The position numbers and the translations under genes are program-made. This document shows, piece after piece, positions 12,699 through 26,365 of a DNA stretch of 64,000 bases. How positions within the stretch are numbered: the first letter of the stretch is position 1; every line of letters begins with the position of its first letter. Source of the DNA: Styela clava (Eukaryota); NCBI RefSeq assembly GCF_964204865.1, contig NC_135251.1, forward strand, positions 6,634,001 through 6,698,000, given 5' to 3'. The notes below the pieces were generated by a model. It ran no database searches and was not told where the DNA came from. It saw only the letters and a program-made list of their open reading frames with translations.

Positions 12699-13180
12699 AT
12701 TTTTTTTTACTTTGAGTACTTTTATTTCGGTACTGCGCCAGTAACCCTGGCCTCCCCCACGCAGGGGTGCTAAAACAGTATTTATAAAAAAATAAATACA
12801 AATGAGATTTAATCTAAATAAGGAATAAATTGAACATGTAATGAAAATAACACGCCAATATGAAAGTATATAATGCGGCTTATCTAACTGGGCCAGCCCT
12901 CCAAAGAAATGGGAAATAAATGTAGGATGCTCTTCGAATGGCTCGCGATCTCGCGGATATATAATTGGAGTGTAACATTTGAATCAACGCCAGCCGCGGC
13001 CATCTCACCGAGCAAAACCACACAGAAAACAACAACAAACCAAAAATAACGAAAAACAAGTTTGCTGCGAAGGGCTGGCCAGCTCGGCAATGGGTTCCAA
13101 AGATGAAAACTACTGTATAACAGGTACCACTCGCCTTTTACTATCAACCAAATTAAGTTATGAGAAGATTTAAAGTGGTC
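12699..13180 (-). mobile_element. Possible separate 3' fragment of a polyadenylated retroelement
   Basis: Minus-strand AATAAA followed by an A-tract at ~12699-12726, a GC-rich hairpin just upstream, and a CR1/L2-like HLWNPLPS peptide in ORF 12884-13147. It truncates the I-group LINE. Weak. Confidence 0.3.
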
Positions 13181-13590
13181 GGAAAAATAAATAAATAAAT
13201 AAAAGACAATTGATCAAAATTATAACAAGTTGACATATGATAAATCTGCAAATTGAAACTGGGATAATGGAGGCGAGCGATATAAAACTAATATATATAT
13301 GTATGGCATATTGCCGAACGTGAATTTGTGGAAGCAAGTGGTGGGGATGGGGGAAGGAATTAATTTCAACCAGACAACTTTAAAGCCACTGGATCAGTGG
13401 AGTTATTTTAGTGAGCAAAGGGCTCAAACTACTTCGGGAAACCGCTAGTGGGAATCAACCGGGTGATTATGACCAATCGAATTATGAAACAATCACTCAA
13501 TCTCATAAACACATATCATACACACACTAAGAAAAAAGAAGAACATAAAGAAAGAGTAGAATGCAGTGTCGGAAAAGAGGGTGAATCAGA

Positions 13591-16500
13591 TTAGCCGAGA
13601 CTGTCAGGAAGTCCACACCAAGCCCTCCAGACGCGTTGGAAACCCCGGATGAAGTTCCTAACGCAATTCCGGGAGACCGCCGTAGCGTCGGCTCCGATCA
13701 CACATAAAGCACGAAAAGCAGTCTGGTTTCCAACGGCGTAACTGCCGAGAGAACCAACCACAAATGCGTGCAACTCCACCACTTCGCCAGAGGCAAGAGC
13801 AATAGAGCGACATAACTCCTCATACTTCAAGTGCTTCTAACGGGCGTCATCCAATGGGGCCTCACCGTTGTCAAATGGACACACCACATACAGTACTACA
13901 ACCCGATTCGTCCCGATTTCCTCGATAATCAAATCGGGCCGCAGCATCTCAGCTGTTCTAGCGGTGTGCTCCCGACAAACTACGTCGACATCGCCCCTAG
14001 AAATACTGGCTGGGGGTAGGTGAGTCAAGATATCTTCCTGCACCAAATCGTGTCGCTCCTTGATGGTATTCATGACTGGACGACAGTGATTCAGCCCATG
14101 AGAAAGAGTCTCGTTTGCGTACCACACTTACTACAAGTCGCCCGTGGTTCCGCATATGCCTTAAACCGTCCACGAACGAATCGCAGCGGCAGAAGATTTA
14201 ATCGAGCTTTCAAAACCCACGAAATCTGAAACTGAGCGAGAGAGACAGACGTGCAGAGAAAGTTGTTTGAGCAACCAATCCGTGAATGATAGGAAACTGT
14301 CTTCCCCTGGTCCCGAAGCTCGCCCCATCTTCTCAACCAACGGTTATTGGACACGTGGTGCAGCACCCGAGGTATCTCTTGCCGCTCTCGATCAGGAGAT
14401 TGGTAGTGGTGACCGTGAAGTTCTCCTTCGCAGTGACAGCACAGCAAACAACGACACGGCGACTCATGGGCCACACGAGCCAATGCGCCGTTCATCTGGC
14501 TCAGAGGAGTGAGAAAGTCGATTACCAGGGCCTGCGTCGCCTTCTGGATTCGATAAAACCTCGCCACAGCCGAGCACGAGCAACCAAACGGGCTATAGTC
14601 GGAAGAATTCAAGGCCCTAAACTCATGGGTAACCCGAAATATGTCCGCTTCACGGGCAATTTTCGGGACGCCCTGACTCCCGACCGCAGTCGTGTAATGA
14701 AAAAATGGCTGACAAGTCCGGACTGGTAACCGAAAACGGTTCTCATCAGACAACGGATGCTCGCGTCCAGCCGCTCGAGGTCGCGCCGACGAAAATACCA
14801 AATCCGTAACTGGAAGAAGGGCTTAGGCAGAACAAACCTCTTCAGCGCCAACAGTTTTTGAAACGGAGTGAGCTCAGAAGCAAAGAGCCTCCGGAAAGAT
14901 TTTAAAATTTGGTTTAAAAACTCACTCCGTCCGACGATCCGGTATCCCATATCCTTGCCAATGTATCTCTAGAAGTCATCCCGGCTGAGAACAGCAACCC
15001 CACCGCCGTTGAGATGGAAAGGCTCACTGTCCGCGACCATCGTGCCTCCCAAACGAACCAATGCAAGAACAGGACATTTGGATGGTTTGAATTGCATTCC
15101 GGACCATTGGGTAAACTCGTCACATATTGAGAGTTGCGACTCCAACTGTTACCGCAACGACGCACGCAGAGCAAAATCGTCTGCGTAGCCCTGGTCGTTG
15201 ACGGTCACATCCGGCGCATATCGTAACTGGTAACCAACGTCCGGCAAACTCTTGACGCCCCGGAGAAGAACTTCCATCATCATATTAAAAATGCTTGCTG
15301 AGAGAAGGTATCCTTGACGGACTCCTCTACCAGAAATAATAGGGGACGTGTCACCATCCATAGTTTGAATGGTGAACACGTTATCCCTGTAAACGTCGGC
15401 AATTGTTTCCAACATGTACCCCGGTGCACAATAATGTAGCAGGACTTTGAGAATGACACCATGCCCTACCGATCCAAAAGCATTACGGATGTCAAGCCAC
15501 GCCACATAAAGATTACACTTATGTTTCTTGGCATCCGCAATGACCGAATCAAGCATGAAAACATGCTCGAAGACGCCTTCGGAAGAAACGAAGCCATTCT
15601 GTTCCGGAGAAATCACTTTCCCCTAGCTGCCCAAAACTGAAGGCGACGTGCAATCACGGCTGCATAAATTTTATACAGCGTGCGGCAGATTGCGATGGGT
15701 CTCCAGTTCCCGACGTCATTCATATTGCCCTTAAGGTCCTTAGGAACAGGAATTATTCTAGAGAAACGCCATGCTCTTAAAATACGTCGGGAACCCCTGC
15801 GGATTTCAAAGAGCTTGGAGAGAATTTCACCCCGTTGGTCAATGATTTTCCAAAATTCATAGGTGAGCCCATCTGGTCCCGGGAAAGTGCCAGACCGAAA
15901 AAAACTGCCGCCGCACTGACAGCCACGTCCTCCTCTACCACCCCTCAACTGAAGACCGAACCCCGGCCGATGACCGCGTTCGCCGTCCAATTAGTTTGAT
16001 TTGGCCCGTTTCTGGGCTGAACGGTTTGGGGGCAGGCGTTCGGCATTCTGGAAATTAGAGGCACCGGTAAACCAAAGTTCAAACTGCCCTCAAGATGGAC
16101 GAACGCCTCGCCTGGTGAGAACATCAAGACAATTCATCCACAAAGCGGGACAGTTTTTAACGCAGATCCTCCAGGTTTAGAACACCCAAAAAACGCACCC
16201 TCCTGAGCAGGGGCGGACACCCGGGGGGGCGAGGGGCGGTCTCCCCCCCCAATAATTTCGTAAAAAAAATTAATACATGTTGTTTCCGCCTTATAAAATT
16301 ATCATTTTCGAAAAGTACGATAGTCAAGCGCAATCAAACGATTAATAGTTACCGATATTATAACTGTTTTCTTACAATAATGTGGACCAAGAGCGCCTTG
16401 GAGCACCTAACATTTTCGTGAAACATGCGCGCCCGCACGGGTAATACTCCGTCTTCAAACGCACCGCCGATCACGCGCCACGGTTTTGCACAACTAATTA

Positions 16501-19500
16501 ATTTTTGTACAATTTGATATGATTTTCTCATTGTCAAAATCTTTCAATAGTGTTATTGTTGGCACTTGCGAGAGAAGTGAAAGAGGCAAACTGTGTTTCA
16601 TTACAACAATTAATTATTATCGCTGAAAAATTAACTAGATCTAAAGTTGTTATAAACAATTTTCACCGCTGGACGTATCTTTTCACGTTATGGATTTCGT
16701 GCAAGGCCCAGCATAATTTGCGGGCAAAGATCAAAGCATTTACTATGTCGAAAAGTTGAAAAGCGGAAATATGAAATACTAAAAACAAAACTGAAAACAA
16801 TATAAGTTTTGTTGAGGCCCGCGACAGTCTATAAACGCTTTTCTAGGCATCGAAAATCGCAAAATTTCGTGTGCCTACGGCACAAATTATGTTTGCTTGA
16901 CCTTTAAAAACATTTCGTCACTAAAATCAAAACACGGTCAATTGTGAGCGGGATTCGCTTTTTTATCCATTACTTGTAAATTGACGTCGAAAATTTTCGT
17001 GTTAACATTAAACAAAGCTGGGAACGCGACTTTTCCCCGGTTTGTGATGATATATAAGATAATTAAAGTATATTCGATCACTTTTTGTATTTATTTATGC
17101 ATTTTTATTGTACTGAAATAACTTTTACTACGTGAGAATTGACAGAAAATTTACGGCTTTTTCGAAAGGTTTCATCTTTAAAAATAATCGGAGTGACAAC
17201 ATTGCGATTGAGCGGAGCCAGTGTGACAAGTACATCTCAAATTTATCGAATTCGCAAAATAGCAAAAATACGGATCAAAACAATACATAAACGGGCAGTT
17301 TACCTCACACTGTTATGTTTGCGGATTGCCGTCGTATTTTAGAGTGGCTCTTGTTTTGTCGACTCAACCGCAGTTTAAATTGAAGACAATTAAATTAATA
17401 AATCAAGACATTTTGAATATGCCCTCATCGGTCTTTGATTGATTAGTTTGCACAAGTGAAAAATCATTTTTCGTTGATAAAATTGGCTCTTTTAACAAGT
17501 GGCGCAATCACGGCGACTGTTCCGCGTGGATTTCGAGGCGGTGAATTTGTATTTTTGATTTACTAGTATATTTTATAATTATTTTCATTGTATGAATTAA
17601 AATTGACTATATGGGATTTTATATCAGATATCGAGATTTTTTTAACGGCGATAACGAGTTCGGAAGATTGCAAAAATAGGTATCAAAATTAAATACATCA
17701 GGCAGCTTATGTCATATTTTTATGTCCACATATCGCCGTGGTACTTTAGTTTAGTAATATTTTTATTTTGACGTAAGAAGTCGCAACCGCGAGTTACGTT
17801 GCACACTATTAAATTAATATATAAGTACATTTTAGAATCTCGTGGCTGTCATGGATCGACAGAAAAATCATTATACGCTTAAATAGGCGGCTCTTTTAAC
17901 GAGCGCGTAATCGCGGTGCTTGTTGCAGATGGCAATGGGAAGTTTCTGAACTTGTGCCTGTTTATTTTCGTATTAAATTATAAATAAATACCCTGCAAAG
18001 TCATTGCGTGAATCCTGAATGTAATTTCGAGTTCAAATGATGATTTAATAAATCGGCAATAATGGCAATTCTACTAGTCCAATGATAATTCCTTGGTCAA
18101 ATTTAGGAAAAAAATTCGCACAATGGCTTGTTACCTTGTTTTGCATTTCTAATTTCACAAAACGGCGTTAGTGCGCTTTATGCAGAACTAGGAATTGAAA
18201 CAATAACCTAATACGACTTCTCAAATTTGTTATTTTCTGTTTTTTAGCGAGAGCCGTGGGCTAATTCTCGCGGAATTCTAGAAATTGGTTCAGTGACGCG
18301 CAAGTTCCGTGTCCGAGCAAAGCAGCCTAGGTACTCGATATATGAGTAGCAAAATGACATTCTAATACTTAGAGAATGACATCGACAGGTTATTGTTACG
18401 TGACGATACGCGGCGCGGTGTTTTTCGGTAGGCGATCCAAGTTCGCCCCCCCAAAATTATGGAAAGTGTCCGCCCCTGCGAGTCCTGAGGAGATGAACTC
18501 TGGCGATCATCCGGCGCAGAAATTAAGCTCTGATGTGTCATGGCTAGCGTGGGGGTTAGGAGTGGCTGAATTAATAATTCTTGCATGACCACGGGCTCGA
18601 GCTCAACCACGAGAATAGGTGAGGTCGGATTCGAGACCGCAGATACGACAACATCAGATCTTGAGTGACGTAGTCCGTTGAAATCACGGCCAACAGGACC
18701 GGAATTTTTCGCCGACTCCCCAATCTCAATTACTCAGGGCTTTGGGGCGGCGGAGGTACTACAGTGAATAAGTGTGGATCAGGTTCGGGTCGGGTGGAAG
18801 CTTTGTTTCATGCCGTACGCAGCCACGACATAAACGACTGCCTTTCGGAGTCCCCATTGACATATTGGCGCACTGGCATGGAGGCGCGTTTAGGCAAAAA
18901 TTCCTTTATTGGAGGTCGGATTTGACTGGGGGGAGGAGTCTTTACGGCCATAGGAAGGGGAAGAGGTTTTACTTTATGGGAAGGAGGTTCTGGTGTAGCC
19001 AGCTTCAACGGGTTCAGTCGGGGCGAAACGGGCAAAGATGAAGAGGAAGCATAAAAGATGAAAGATTTTTTCTTACGATTCAAATTTGGAGGTAGAATAG
19101 GTTTTTGAATCCGGGGAGGATAAAGATGGGGTGATGTTTTTAGAATGTGGAAAATGGAAATTATTGATTTAGGTGAAGATGAGGAAGCAGGAGAAATAGG
19201 AAGGGAGCCTGGAAAAGAAGTTGCGGCAGAAGATAAGAAAATGTTGGATGCAGATTGCTCCGGTATGGGAGAAACTCGATGATCGAGCTTAAGAGCCCGA
19301 CTCGGCCAACGAGAACCCTAAGATTGGAACAGGTGACAATCGGAGAGGGGTACGGGGACCCAATTGCTCGAGTGGCGAGAGAGAGAGCGCCCGGGGCGGC
19401 AGGTAATCCAATGGGATTTTACAGGTATGAGGTTTTTTTGATCCCTGCATTATCACCTAGAACACCTGCCGCACACCGGATTCAGCAAAAGTTTTGCTCG

Positions 19501-20038
19501 CGTGAGCCGGTGTACATTCAGAAAATGTTTTTACAGCGATCTTAATTTGCTGTACCGGTGAACTCTTTCACGACACTCGGGCAGTGGGCAAAGAAAAAAG
19601 GTAACTGTGCCATTGTATAAGAGGGGGATGGAGGTTTTAGCCGTAGTAATAGGAATCACCACTCCAAACTCGCCATCAAGGGGAACAGTTTTTCTCTTTA
19701 TGTACACGTCTAAAAGGGCACGTCTAAAATGGGACCCTGAACGAGAGAATTAAAATCGGATGAGCAAATGGGACACACGATCCGTGGACGAGACATTCCT
19801 TTCCCCTTGCAACAAAATAACGAGTCAATGACGGGGAGGTTGAATTATATTTCTCGCAACGAGTGCAAAAGAAGTTTATTATTCCGGAACGCCGGTGCAT
19901 AACGTTCCAGTGCTTTAGTAAAAGAGTCGGGAAGGCAAATTTAAGTTTACATGACTTGTAGGGGCAAGAATATGTGCCCACGGATCGCTCATCTACAAGA
20001 ACAATCAAGGGAGGATCAGAAGTTGAACCACTTGCCAT
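13591..20038 (-). pseudogene. RLE-type retrotransposon polyprotein (zinc finger, RT, CCHC, PD-(D/E)xK endonuclease), frameshifted
   Basis: Motifs YSCPYKSCKLKF..LLKHWNVMH, FPGPDGL, WRPIAICRTLYKIYA, ISPEQNGF..EGVFEH, WLDIRNAFGSV, GVRQG, YADD, CSKC..ETLSHGLNHC..RHDLV, RPDLI and KYEEL. Confidence 0.9.
16208..18478. mobile_element. Non-autonomous hAT-like DNA element (2.27 kb) inserted in the retrotransposon ORF
   Basis: Perfect 13-bp TIR CAGGGGCGGACAC / GTGTCCGCCCCTG. TSD CTCCTGAG on the left and C(GAG)TCCTGAG on the right. Diverged internal ~410-bp duplication (17.27-17.53 kb vs 17.68-17.92 kb). No transposase. Confidence 0.85.
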
Positions 20039-20956
20039 GACTGATCTGGATAATAGTAAAATAATGTAAACAAACGAGAATAGAGCAATGCGAACAGATA
20101 ACTGATCTGAACTAAACTGCCTTAATTTACCTTATTATAACAATTGTCAAAGGGCAAATCAGTCTAGGTCTTTTAATGCGCACAAAGAACAAAAAATGTA
20201 CAGAGCTCAAATTGAGCTTTCTTTGATGGAACCGCAAATGCTTGAAAACCAAGCCTGCTGAGTAGCTAATTGGTGTGTTTAGCGTTCTTCAGATTCCTAT
20301 TGAAGTTGAGCGTCAGCAGGCCCAGAATTCGACATTCAAAGCTACCTCGATGTTCGCCCAAGGCAATGAGTTGCACAGCGCTGTCAGGGCAAGAAGTTGA
20401 AAATTCCCACTAAGGCTCCTCGGCACGCTTCCGATGCTCACAACTTCCACCTTGTGGAGTCTTCACTCCCTGGGCTAAAGATGTAAATTTGCCATCGGCA
20501 TCATCTGCTGGTATTCAACATATAGATAGATATTTTATATTTCCTACCAGCACTTGTATTATTGATGTTACACAGCTGACGGCAACCCAGAAAGACTTTG
20601 TTATTCTTATGGCGATTCTTATGGCTGTTTGGCGTTGGGTTTCAAAGGGGGCTATTGTAGATTATGATTTTCTCGGAATCAACGACTTGGTTGGGTGGAT
20701 GTAAATAAAATTCCACGACAGTTGAAACAAATCTCAACGACGGCGGAGCACGTGGTGTTTTCACTCGACGACGATGATTAGGGTCGGAAAAGTTGGCGTT
20801 ATTATTTGATCGAAAACTTCGCCAAGTCGGAGTTGTTGTTGTTTTTTTCAATGACGGCTACCTTTATAGTTTGTTATTCCTTGCAGTTAGTATTCCAATA
20901 GGACAAGAGATGGTATTCTCATAATCTTGATTTCCAGTACAGAGGTATTGTATTGC

Positions 20957-20992
20957 ACTACTCTTGATATAACTTGAACGCCGAGAAGCGAT
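20957..20992 (-). ncRNA. U2 snRNA 5' fragment (nt ~1-37), degenerate
   Basis: Minus strand reads ATCGCTTCTCGGCgttcaagtta-tATCAAGaGTAGT vs U2 ATCGCTTCTCGGCCTTTTGGCTAAGATCAAGTGTAGT. The first 13 nt are identical and ~29/37 match by eye; it ends at the branch-point-recognition sequence. Confidence 0.7.
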
Positions 20993-23542
20993 AACGACAA
21001 GGAGCATCGAAAACACGCCCGCACTCCACGACGTCCGGCGTACACTGCCTAACAATACATGGGTCCATAATCGTCAAGCGCGTTTTATCCCCAGTGACAT
21101 ACATAGTGACTAGCGTGTGTGATGATAAACCTATGAACGTTCATTTCAGCCGTCTCAAACCGAGTAAAGGAAATTTGATAGGACCACCAATGGATACATT
21201 GTTTTGCATAATCATCACATTAGCCCAGATCCCGAACTAGTTGAATTCTATTTTTAATTCTTGTTTAAAGAGAACATGACAAAATCGCCGCGTCAGAAGT
21301 AGGAATATTTCGTTTCACATTTCATTTTGATGTTGATCCCCAAATTAGAGCTAGCCTTTGGTAGGACATGACCTTTTTAAAGTTTAAATTTCGTCTGGTG
21401 TGTTATTTGAATATGTAATATTAACCAAGTTTTCCTGACATTAAACGACGGCGATTTTTTTTTACTGTAATACGATTTGTGTAATTTTTTTCACGAGTGT
21501 TGTGAATTTTAATTCATGAGTCAATTTATATATGGGAAAAGCACTAGATCCACTGTTTTGTCATATATATTAGATTACAATTTCCCATAATTTTGAGGGC
21601 GATTTAGAATTTCAAGAATGATCGTATGATGAAAAAATGGATGCAATAGCAATAGTCAATATAATGCAATAGTCGATATAGTGATGATGATGATAATTCA
21701 TAAATGTGAATTTTTGAAGAAAAATGTACATAACACGAGAATTAATACTGGTAAAATGTATTTATATGCGGCACAATATCTGACACGACAATTGCATGTG
21801 TTTGCGAAACTTTAACAATGCTTGTATTGCGCGATATTGTAAGGTAAGATAAATCAATATACTTATAAGTGAAATATATTTTATACAATATGTTATTCTT
21901 CTAGTTTATAACAAATTATGTTTCAATCCTATTGAAATACGATTCCCACATAGTTTTGAAGAGAGGATTTGTATATTTGAAAACAATCCATAACAATTTG
22001 ACCGGTCTGCAATATGTATTGGTTACCTCAATGACACGTGAATGAAGATTAATTTTACATATTTTCAAAAGTGTATACTAAAAACAAACAGAGTGGAAAC
22101 TGCTGTCTCACAACTATTTCAATGGGGCCATCTCGAGCAAACAAAACACATCATGCATTGACCAAGCGTAATCTGAATAGATTTTATTATATTTCATGCT
22201 TAGTAAAAAAACAGTATGATATAGTTAATCATTAACAAGTTTTATGTAACTGATCTGAGCAATACATTGTACGAGTACCTTTATTATGTGACAACTTTTA
22301 CTAATAGGGTATAGCACAATTTTCAGGTTGCATTTTTTAGATTTGTCGAAGGCAATGGTTATACTTGACACTTAGATGAAGTATTCTCGATTTTTTTGAG
22401 GAATCCCAGGTATCAAGATATAAAATAATATATATATATATATATTCAGGAAAATATTGTGTATAAGACAACAGTTTTATTTATTGAATACGAAGTAAAT
22501 CTAATTATAGAAATGAACGTTAACTGAGATGTTGAGCTGATACGCTCTATCATATCTAAAAATGAATAATTCAATTCAATTTAGTTTTCAGTTTTTTGTC
22601 AGTTTGCCCATAAATTCGTAAATGTTTATAGCTGTGCTAGCCTTTCTATTAATTTTGTGTAAGTACTTGTGTGTGTTTTCATATACAAATGATATTTACT
22701 TCTGATGCTTTGTTTTATCATTTTTGCATTTCAACACATTTTATGAATATGGTATTTCGAATATTGAAGTCAGTAGTAGCATTTTGGATTACCGGATATT
22801 TATGCATGGACTTAAGAGCGAAATTGAAGGCGAATACATAACATGGCAACGCAATAACATGGTGCTAGAACTTTATTTGCTGGTAATGTAAAACAACTAT
22901 CTCGCTCTTTTGTTGGATAATTTCATTAAAAAGGTTTTCAATTCTTTTTTTTAAATAATTTCTTGACAATCACACAACATCAAATTTTGTCTTTTTCTTG
23001 TTAAGTTATTACTCTTTTTGAAAAATTATAATTTAGACTTTTAGAAAGTATATATTCTCAGTGATAATGAAGCAGGAAGGTCAGCTATAGATTGAGAATA
23101 GAATTTTATTATAAGTTCATGCACAATTGCCTTGAAGTATGTTATTTAAAAAAATTGAATGAAAAAAATGGGCAACTGTCATGGTCAAAAAATAATGCTA
23201 AATTTCATTCTCTAAATATGTCTTTGTAAAGAAAAAATATCGATCCTATGATCATAAATTTATGAATTGAACAACATTTTGCTTCCCAAAAAATCAGACA
23301 AAATATACGGTCTCAGTCGTCAACAATATATTTAATATAAATGAGTTTTTTGCTGATGGCAATATAATAAAGAAAAACAAAACATGGCATTGTAATTGAA
23401 ATTGATATATTTCTTCGATTGGGAATAAGGTAATTGAATTTTGTTATTTTTATATTCAACTATTTAACACTTATGTGCAGTTATGGTGCTTTGTTATTTG
23501 GTATTTGCAAAATATTTTTAATATAGAAATATTTTGATAAAT

Positions 23543-23657
23543 TGGTGCTTTCGTAATAGGTGTACCAAGATGACACACTACCTGAACATAGTATGTGTTC
23601 CAGGATAGGGTTATTAGGTTGTGCGCCAACTTCGATTACATACTACGGGAGCGCCGT
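23543..23657. mobile_element. Small degenerate MITE with TTAGGG-like internal words
   Basis: Imperfect terminal inverted repeats GGTGCTTTCGTAAT / ACTACGGGAGCGCC. Absent from the paralogous positions (~31290, ~38050). Confidence 0.5.
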
Positions 23658-25543
23658 AAAAGTTGAGTCAAACTGAGCAGTCTTATTCAACACTATTCTT
23701 GATTAATAGGTATATTAGAAATTGTATATACCTACCCACATTTTTGAATAATTTACATCTTGTAAATTTTAACATTTGATTTGAAATTAAATAAAATTAT
23801 ACGTCACCACTTGAAATAATCGAAGTCGATCAAAATTAAAATGGATTAACAAATTTGTGTCAATTTATTAGTTAATAGGAAATTTTTAAATTTGAAATGT
23901 TGTGAGTTTTAAGTTAAATATTTACAAGCTTTGTTGGTTTGAACAATAAAAGCAGTTTTATTTAAGAGCATTTATTAAACAGTTTCAAGTGTCAAAGTTA
24001 AAACTACTCCTATATTCAGTAGATAAGACAAGCAAAGTTGCGTATACCACAAAGATTTGTCATATTCGTACATCATTGCTGAACTAGGCAGAATACATAG
24101 TACATTATTTGAACCAGTAGTTAAATTAAACTTTTAAATGAAAAATTCCTGTGTTTGAGCTTTGTACTTCCCTTAGTAATAAATTTATTTTCTAAATCTC
24201 GTAAATGTTCAGTTGTTTAATTTTGAATTTTATCATATAATTATATCATTTGTATTCAATCTATTATAGATGAAACTATAGTAAACAATTCACTAACCAG
24301 TATTGTAGTAAGCGGATATTTCAAAGTGTTTTAATTTTATACTCAAGGCAATTTGGCAATTTTAAAATTTTAAAGAATGGTAATGAGGTTATATCATAAT
24401 GTTCTATCTGGAATCAACAGTGTAATGGCTACACAAAAGACCGCGGTTGTCAGTAATGTGCTTTTACCAGGCCTGGTCATTTATCAAAAATATGCTCCCA
24501 ATGATTGTTAGGTAACCAGAACCAGAATATATTGAACAATAATTTTGATAAATATTCGATTTTATTATTCATAACTTTATGCCAAATACCTACTATTTAG
24601 CAAACTATTTATCCATTCCAGTAAACATATTTTAAAATTATGGTATTTTAATAATATTTGAAATATGATTTGTAGCTTAGGTCTTGGGTATATTCAATGT
24701 TTGATATCAATGCGTGACTGTTGCTAAATACTCATTTTACAAATCGATACTTGGGTTTTAAAGCCGTGCTAGTCGCGATAAATCGCGTTTGCATGAGAAG
24801 AGTTTGTTCAGCAATACTTACTCGGCGATGTGTAAGGAATTACGTTACAATTTTCTTAGACAAAAAAATTATGCTTCTATTTTGCTGAAAACGTTTACTC
24901 GACTTAAAAAATGCCCGATTAGTTTTACCGGTACGCCGGTCACGTTACAATTGTATGTATTAACGTGTTATGTCACAATGTAATCGTAAACAAGACGTCC
25001 ACCTTCCATCACGTCGACTTGCGCGCTTAGTTAGGCTAACAGGAAAGTAAGTTTGGACAAGTCTATTTGCTTAAAAATTCTGTTTAAGTATTGGTCAAAG
25101 AGCCATAAAAATGTTCTAGCCGTTTGAATCTTCATGGCTCTGTAAAAATGGATTATTTGCTATGGCCAAATTTAAAAGCAAAAAAGGACTGGACGGAACC
25201 TAGATTTAATTGTTTTTCAAATCGGGCACACACATCGCATTAACATTTGTAGAATAATTTGTTCAAAGCTAACTTTTTTTTACAAGTGTGCCGCAAATAT
25301 TTTTGTATTTGCTTAGTGCGCCGCGAGCAAAAAAATGTTTGAGAATCACTGCTTGGCTTTTGATTTTGCAGATAGATATTACCAACAATAAATCTGATAT
25401 TTGATAAATACATTCACCCATATTACTTATGGTCATGTAATTCCAATCTATTTAAAATAGACCAAACAATCAATACTTTGGATGAACCTTGAACTCATTT
25501 TTATTTCTCCATCTACTGAAGAACAATGTTTCAACCTAATGTA

Positions 25544-26365
25544 TCGTCACGCAAATACTGAATTGCGTAAGTCATTTTTAGCAGTTTTGAGAAAAACGTA
25601 AAAAACTTCCTAATGATATTGTCATGCCATTGAGAGTCAATAATTTGCCATGGTTCAATTTTTTGATCGTAGCCGGATTTAAGTTAATTTGTATGACGCA
25701 GTTAAGTGACGTCATAATGGCGCACTGTGACTTAGGCAGAAATGTGTCTACGACTTGGGGACATACGCAATTTTGCAACTTTACTATACGCACCAGTACT
25801 GAAAATAAACATTTCAAAAACGAATGTAATTCTCAGTATCTACAATGTCTAATCCCCAAAATAGCTAATCTGTTTTAAATATATTATTTTTTATGTTTGA
25901 AAATATATATTTCATCAATATTACACGCTCTGCACACCCACCGAAATAAGTCTAAGATTAAATAAAAAGGATAAAACAGCAATGCACCCAATATAAAAGC
26001 CAACCAAGGTGAATTGGACTCGGACAGTGAATATCACAAGTACACGCCTTCCTATACTGCAGTATAAATTCAAATTAATACGCGCTAAGCTAGAACCTGA
26101 GATGCAAAAATTCAAAAATACTTCGCCGAGGTAAATTTACCTTTGTGACGTCACAATAGTCCTGCGGTAACAATGATAATTCATTATGACAAAACAATTG
26201 CACAAATTTGCATGTCATACTGAATTTCCATTTTTATGGGTTTCGGAATTCTTAAAATAAAGTTAACAGACAGGTGCGCAGCATTACATAAATACCTATT
26301 TTATAAAAAAAAAAAACTCAAAATCGCCAAAAATGACTTACGCAATTCGGGTATTAGCCTGACGA
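25544..26365. mobile_element. MITE with ~37-bp TIRs and TA TSD (Tc1/mariner-like)
   Basis: Ends TA|TCGTCACGCAAATACTGAATTGCGTAAGTCATTTTT and AAAAATGACTTACGCAATTCGGGTATTAGCCTGACGA|TA. Empty TA-rich site in the paralog at ~32825. Confidence 0.88.

Larger units (their letters stand above)
13200..20992 (-). mobile_element. NeSL-clade (Utopia-like) non-LTR retrotransposon with restriction-like endonuclease, degenerate and interrupted by a hAT derivative
   Basis: Single-ORF layout: N-terminal zinc finger, RT, CCHC, RLE. The 5' end carries a U2 snRNA 5' fragment in the element's orientation. The 3' boundary is approximate. Confidence 0.8.

Noticed and set aside
13262-13296. Possible U2 3' remainder (minus-strand TATTAGTTTTATATC resembling TATCAGTTTAATATC) at the retrotransposon 3' end
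   Set aside because: Short, AT-rich, next to a TA microsatellite, and the similarity does not extend to the U2 Sm site or later stems.
6176-20038. Antisense ORFs overlapping the transposase and RT regions (e.g. 6676-7137, 14286-14729)
   Set aside because: Shadow ORFs of TE coding sequence on the opposite strand.
22214-22260. C/D-box snoRNA-like ATGATA..CTGA segments
   Set aside because: The C box is imperfect, the terminal D box is altered in the paralog at ~36880, and no rRNA-complementary guide was recognised.
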